Shown here one piece after another: positions 62,160-64,000 of a stretch of 64,000 bases of DNA. Where the stretch lies: positions 3,840,001 through 3,904,000 of the forward strand of contig OZ245002.1 in NCBI GenBank assembly GCA_965223415.1. The letters are read 5' to 3'. How positions within the stretch are numbered: position 1 is the stretch's first letter; each line of letters opens with the position of its first letter. The notes below the pieces were generated by a model that saw nothing but the letters and a program-made list of their open reading frames with translations, searched no databases and was not told where the DNA came from. The position numbers and the translations under genes are program-made. This DNA comes from Myxococcota bacterium. GTDB taxonomy: Bacteria > Myxococcota_A > UBA9160 > UBA6930.

Positions 62160-62828
62160 TCAGCTTGCGATCAGGAGGCGGAGCCGGTTCCCGACCCGCT
62201 CGGCGTAATCCGCGAGGTCGGCGATCCAGAGGATGGTCTGGTGCCAGTAGACGGTGCCGATGCCGAGCTCCTGCTCCATGCCGAAGAGGGTGCGGGCGGC
62301 GCGGTCCTGGAGGACGTCGGTTTCGGTCTCGATGCGGCCGAGCTCGCCGATCATCTCCTCGACCCGAGCGACTTCGCGTTCCCCGAAGCCCGTCTCGACC
62401 AGCTCGTCGAGCTCGTCGATGACGCGCTGGCCCTGCTCGCAAGCGGCGACGACGCGGGCGGCCAGGTCTCGGAAGGGGGCGGCGAGGGGTTCCGGGAGCT
62501 GCATGCTCCGCTGGTCGGCGAGCTCGGCGATGTCCTGGGTGACGTCGGCGATGGAGTCCTGCTGGTCCAGGATGTCGAGCATGTCGCGCCGCTCCATCGC
62601 CATCATCAGGCGGCGCGGCATCTTGCTGCGGATCTCGTTCTTGATCTCGTCGGCCTCGTGCTCGAGCCGGTCGATCTCGGCGCGGGTCCGCTGGAGGGCC
62701 TCGCGATCGCCGGACGCCATGGCCTCGACGAGGGGGATGATCTGGCGGGCGCAGCTCACGGCCGCCTGCATGTGCTGCTGCATGGGGCCGATGGGCGAGC
62801 GGCCCACGAGCTTGTCGATCCAGGACAC
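62160..62828 (-). CDS. DUF47/TIGR00153 phosphate transport accessory protein
   Basis: GRSPIGPMQQH, LEHEADEIK, QDSIAD, LADYAERVG; downstream of PiT. Confidence 0.88.
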   Translation of the reverse strand: MSWIDKLVGRSPIGPMQQHMQAAVSCARQIIPLVEAMASGDREALQRTRAEIDRLEHEADEIKNEIRSKMPRRLMMAMERRDMLDILDQQDSIADVTQDIAELADQRSMQLPEPLAAPFRDLAARVVAACEQGQRVIDELDELVETGFGEREVARVEEMIGELGRIETETDVLQDRAARTLFGMEQELGIGTVYWHQTILWIADLADYAERVGNRLRLLIAS

Positions 62829-62836
62829 GTCGCCTC

Positions 62837-64000
62837 CTACGGCCCGAGCAGGCCCTTGAAGAAGTAGAAGAAGAAGATGGCCAAGCCGGCGGCGATCGGC
62901 AGGGTGGCGACCCAGGAGGCCACGATGTTGCCTACCACGCGCAGGTCGAGGGCACCGATGCCGCGGGCCAGGCCGACGCCCAGCACCGCACCGACCAGGG
63001 TGTGAGTGGTGGAGACGGGGATGCCGAGTCGCGAGGCCAGCACGATGGTGGTGGCGGCGGCCAGCTCCGCCGCGAAGCCCCGGCTCGGCGTGAGCTCGGT
63101 GATGCGCTTGCCGACGGTCTCCATCACGCGGTAGCCCCAGGTGGCGAGGCCCAGGACGATGCCGAGGCCGCCCACCGCCAGCATCCAGGGCTGGATCGGG
63201 GCCTTCGTCGCGATCTCCCCGCCGTCCAGGGCGCTGACGATCGCCGCCAGCGGGCCGATGGCGTTGGCCACGTCGTTGGAGCCGTGGGCGAAGGCCACGG
63301 CGCAGGCGGTGAGGATCTGGAGCACGACGAAGACGCGCTCGGTCTGGCTGAAGCGGTGGCTCGGGTCCTCTTCGCCGGGCTTCACGCGCCGCAGGAAGAA
63401 GGTGCCGACGGCCATGCCCGCCAGGCCCAGGAGCACCGAGGCGCCCAGGGCCTGCGGGAGGTCGAGGTCGAGCTTCAGGTTCTTCAGGCCCTTGAACAGG
63501 GTGACGAGGCCGATGATGAAGAACACGTAGAAGAAGAAGAACGGCCCGACGCGTCGGACCTGTCGGAGCGGGTCGCTCCGGTTCAGCACGAGGGAGCGGG
63601 TGATCTGGAAGGTGAAGTACGCGAGGACGCCCGAGAGCAGGGGGGAGGTGAGCCAGCTGGCGACGATCTGGCCGACCTTGCCCCACTTCACCGCCTCCGG
63701 GCCGATGGCGACCGCGCCGAAGCCGACGATCGCGCCCACGATCGAGTGGGTCGTCGAGACCGGGAGCCCGTAGCGGGTGGCGCCGAGCAGCAGGGTCGCC
63801 GCCGACGTCAGGGCCGCGAGCATGCCGTAGAGCAGGTGCTCGGAGGAGATCAGCTCCATGTCGAGCATGCCCTTGCGCACCGTGTCGGTGACGTGGCCAC
63901 CGGCCAGGAACGCGCCGCCGAACTCCAGGACGCCCGCAACGACGATGGCGGCGCCGATGGTGAGGGCGCCAGAGCCCACGCTCGTTCCCATCGCATTGGC
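62837..64000 (-). CDS. PiT-family inorganic phosphate transporter (5' end outside window)
   Basis: ANAMGTSVGSG, PVSTTHS, HGSNDVANAIGP. Confidence 0.93.
   Translation of the reverse strand, partial: ANAMGTSVGSGALTIGAAIVVAGVLEFGGAFLAGGHVTDTVRKGMLDMELISSEHLLYGMLAALTSAATLLLGATRYGLPVSTTHSIVGAIVGFGAVAIGPEAVKWGKVGQIVASWLTSPLLSGVLAYFTFQITRSLVLNRSDPLRQVRRVGPFFFFYVFFIIGLVTLFKGLKNLKLDLDLPQALGASVLLGLAGMAVGTFFLRRVKPGEEDPSHRFSQTERVFVVLQILTACAVAFAHGSNDVANAIGPLAAIVSALDGGEIATKAPIQPWMLAVGGLGIVLGLATWGYRVMETVGKRITELTPSRGFAAELAAATTIVLASRLGIPVSTTHTLVGAVLGVGLARGIGALDLRVVGNIVASWVATLPIAAGLAIFFFYFFKGLLGP

Overview
High-GC bacterial chromosomal window. Gene style and a CGLG-type C-terminal sorting tail suggest a Myxococcota/Deltaproteobacteria-like genome, but this is only an inference. 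Most of the window is housekeeping and acyl-CoA metabolism: nadA 3' end, pntAB, leuCD, several crotonases, an acyl-CoA dehydrogenase and ligase, tupBC, a PiT transporter and signalling proteins. Highlights: (1) An AT-richer island directly downstream of tRNA-Pro(UGG) (~34351-43154) carries a three-gene Lamassu/ABC-three-component-type anti-phage operon (Cap4/DUF4297-like nuclease with C-terminal domain, small middle component, Rad50/SMC-like ATPase). Its two large genes are each cleanly split by an IS (IS5 and IS630) and rejoin in frame when the IS is removed. An IS3 element and IS remnants follow. (2) A cluster at 698-9292 combines a citryl-CoA-synthetase-like ADP-forming CoA ligase, a ferredoxin, a divergent enoyl-CoA carboxylase/reductase-like enzyme, a mesaconyl-CoA-hydratase-like hot-dog protein and transhydrogenase. 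This is the best candidate for an undescribed pathway. (3) Long perfect palindromes lie between convergent genes (82 bp; a 73 bp hairpin with a GCGAAGC tip; a degenerate third copy), and there is a 519-bp non-coding element with 37-bp terminal inverted repeats. (4) Decayed genes include a TetR whose HTH half is inverted relative to its C-terminal half, and an amber-interrupted secreted mini-ORF. All calls come from reading motifs by eye; no database searches were run.
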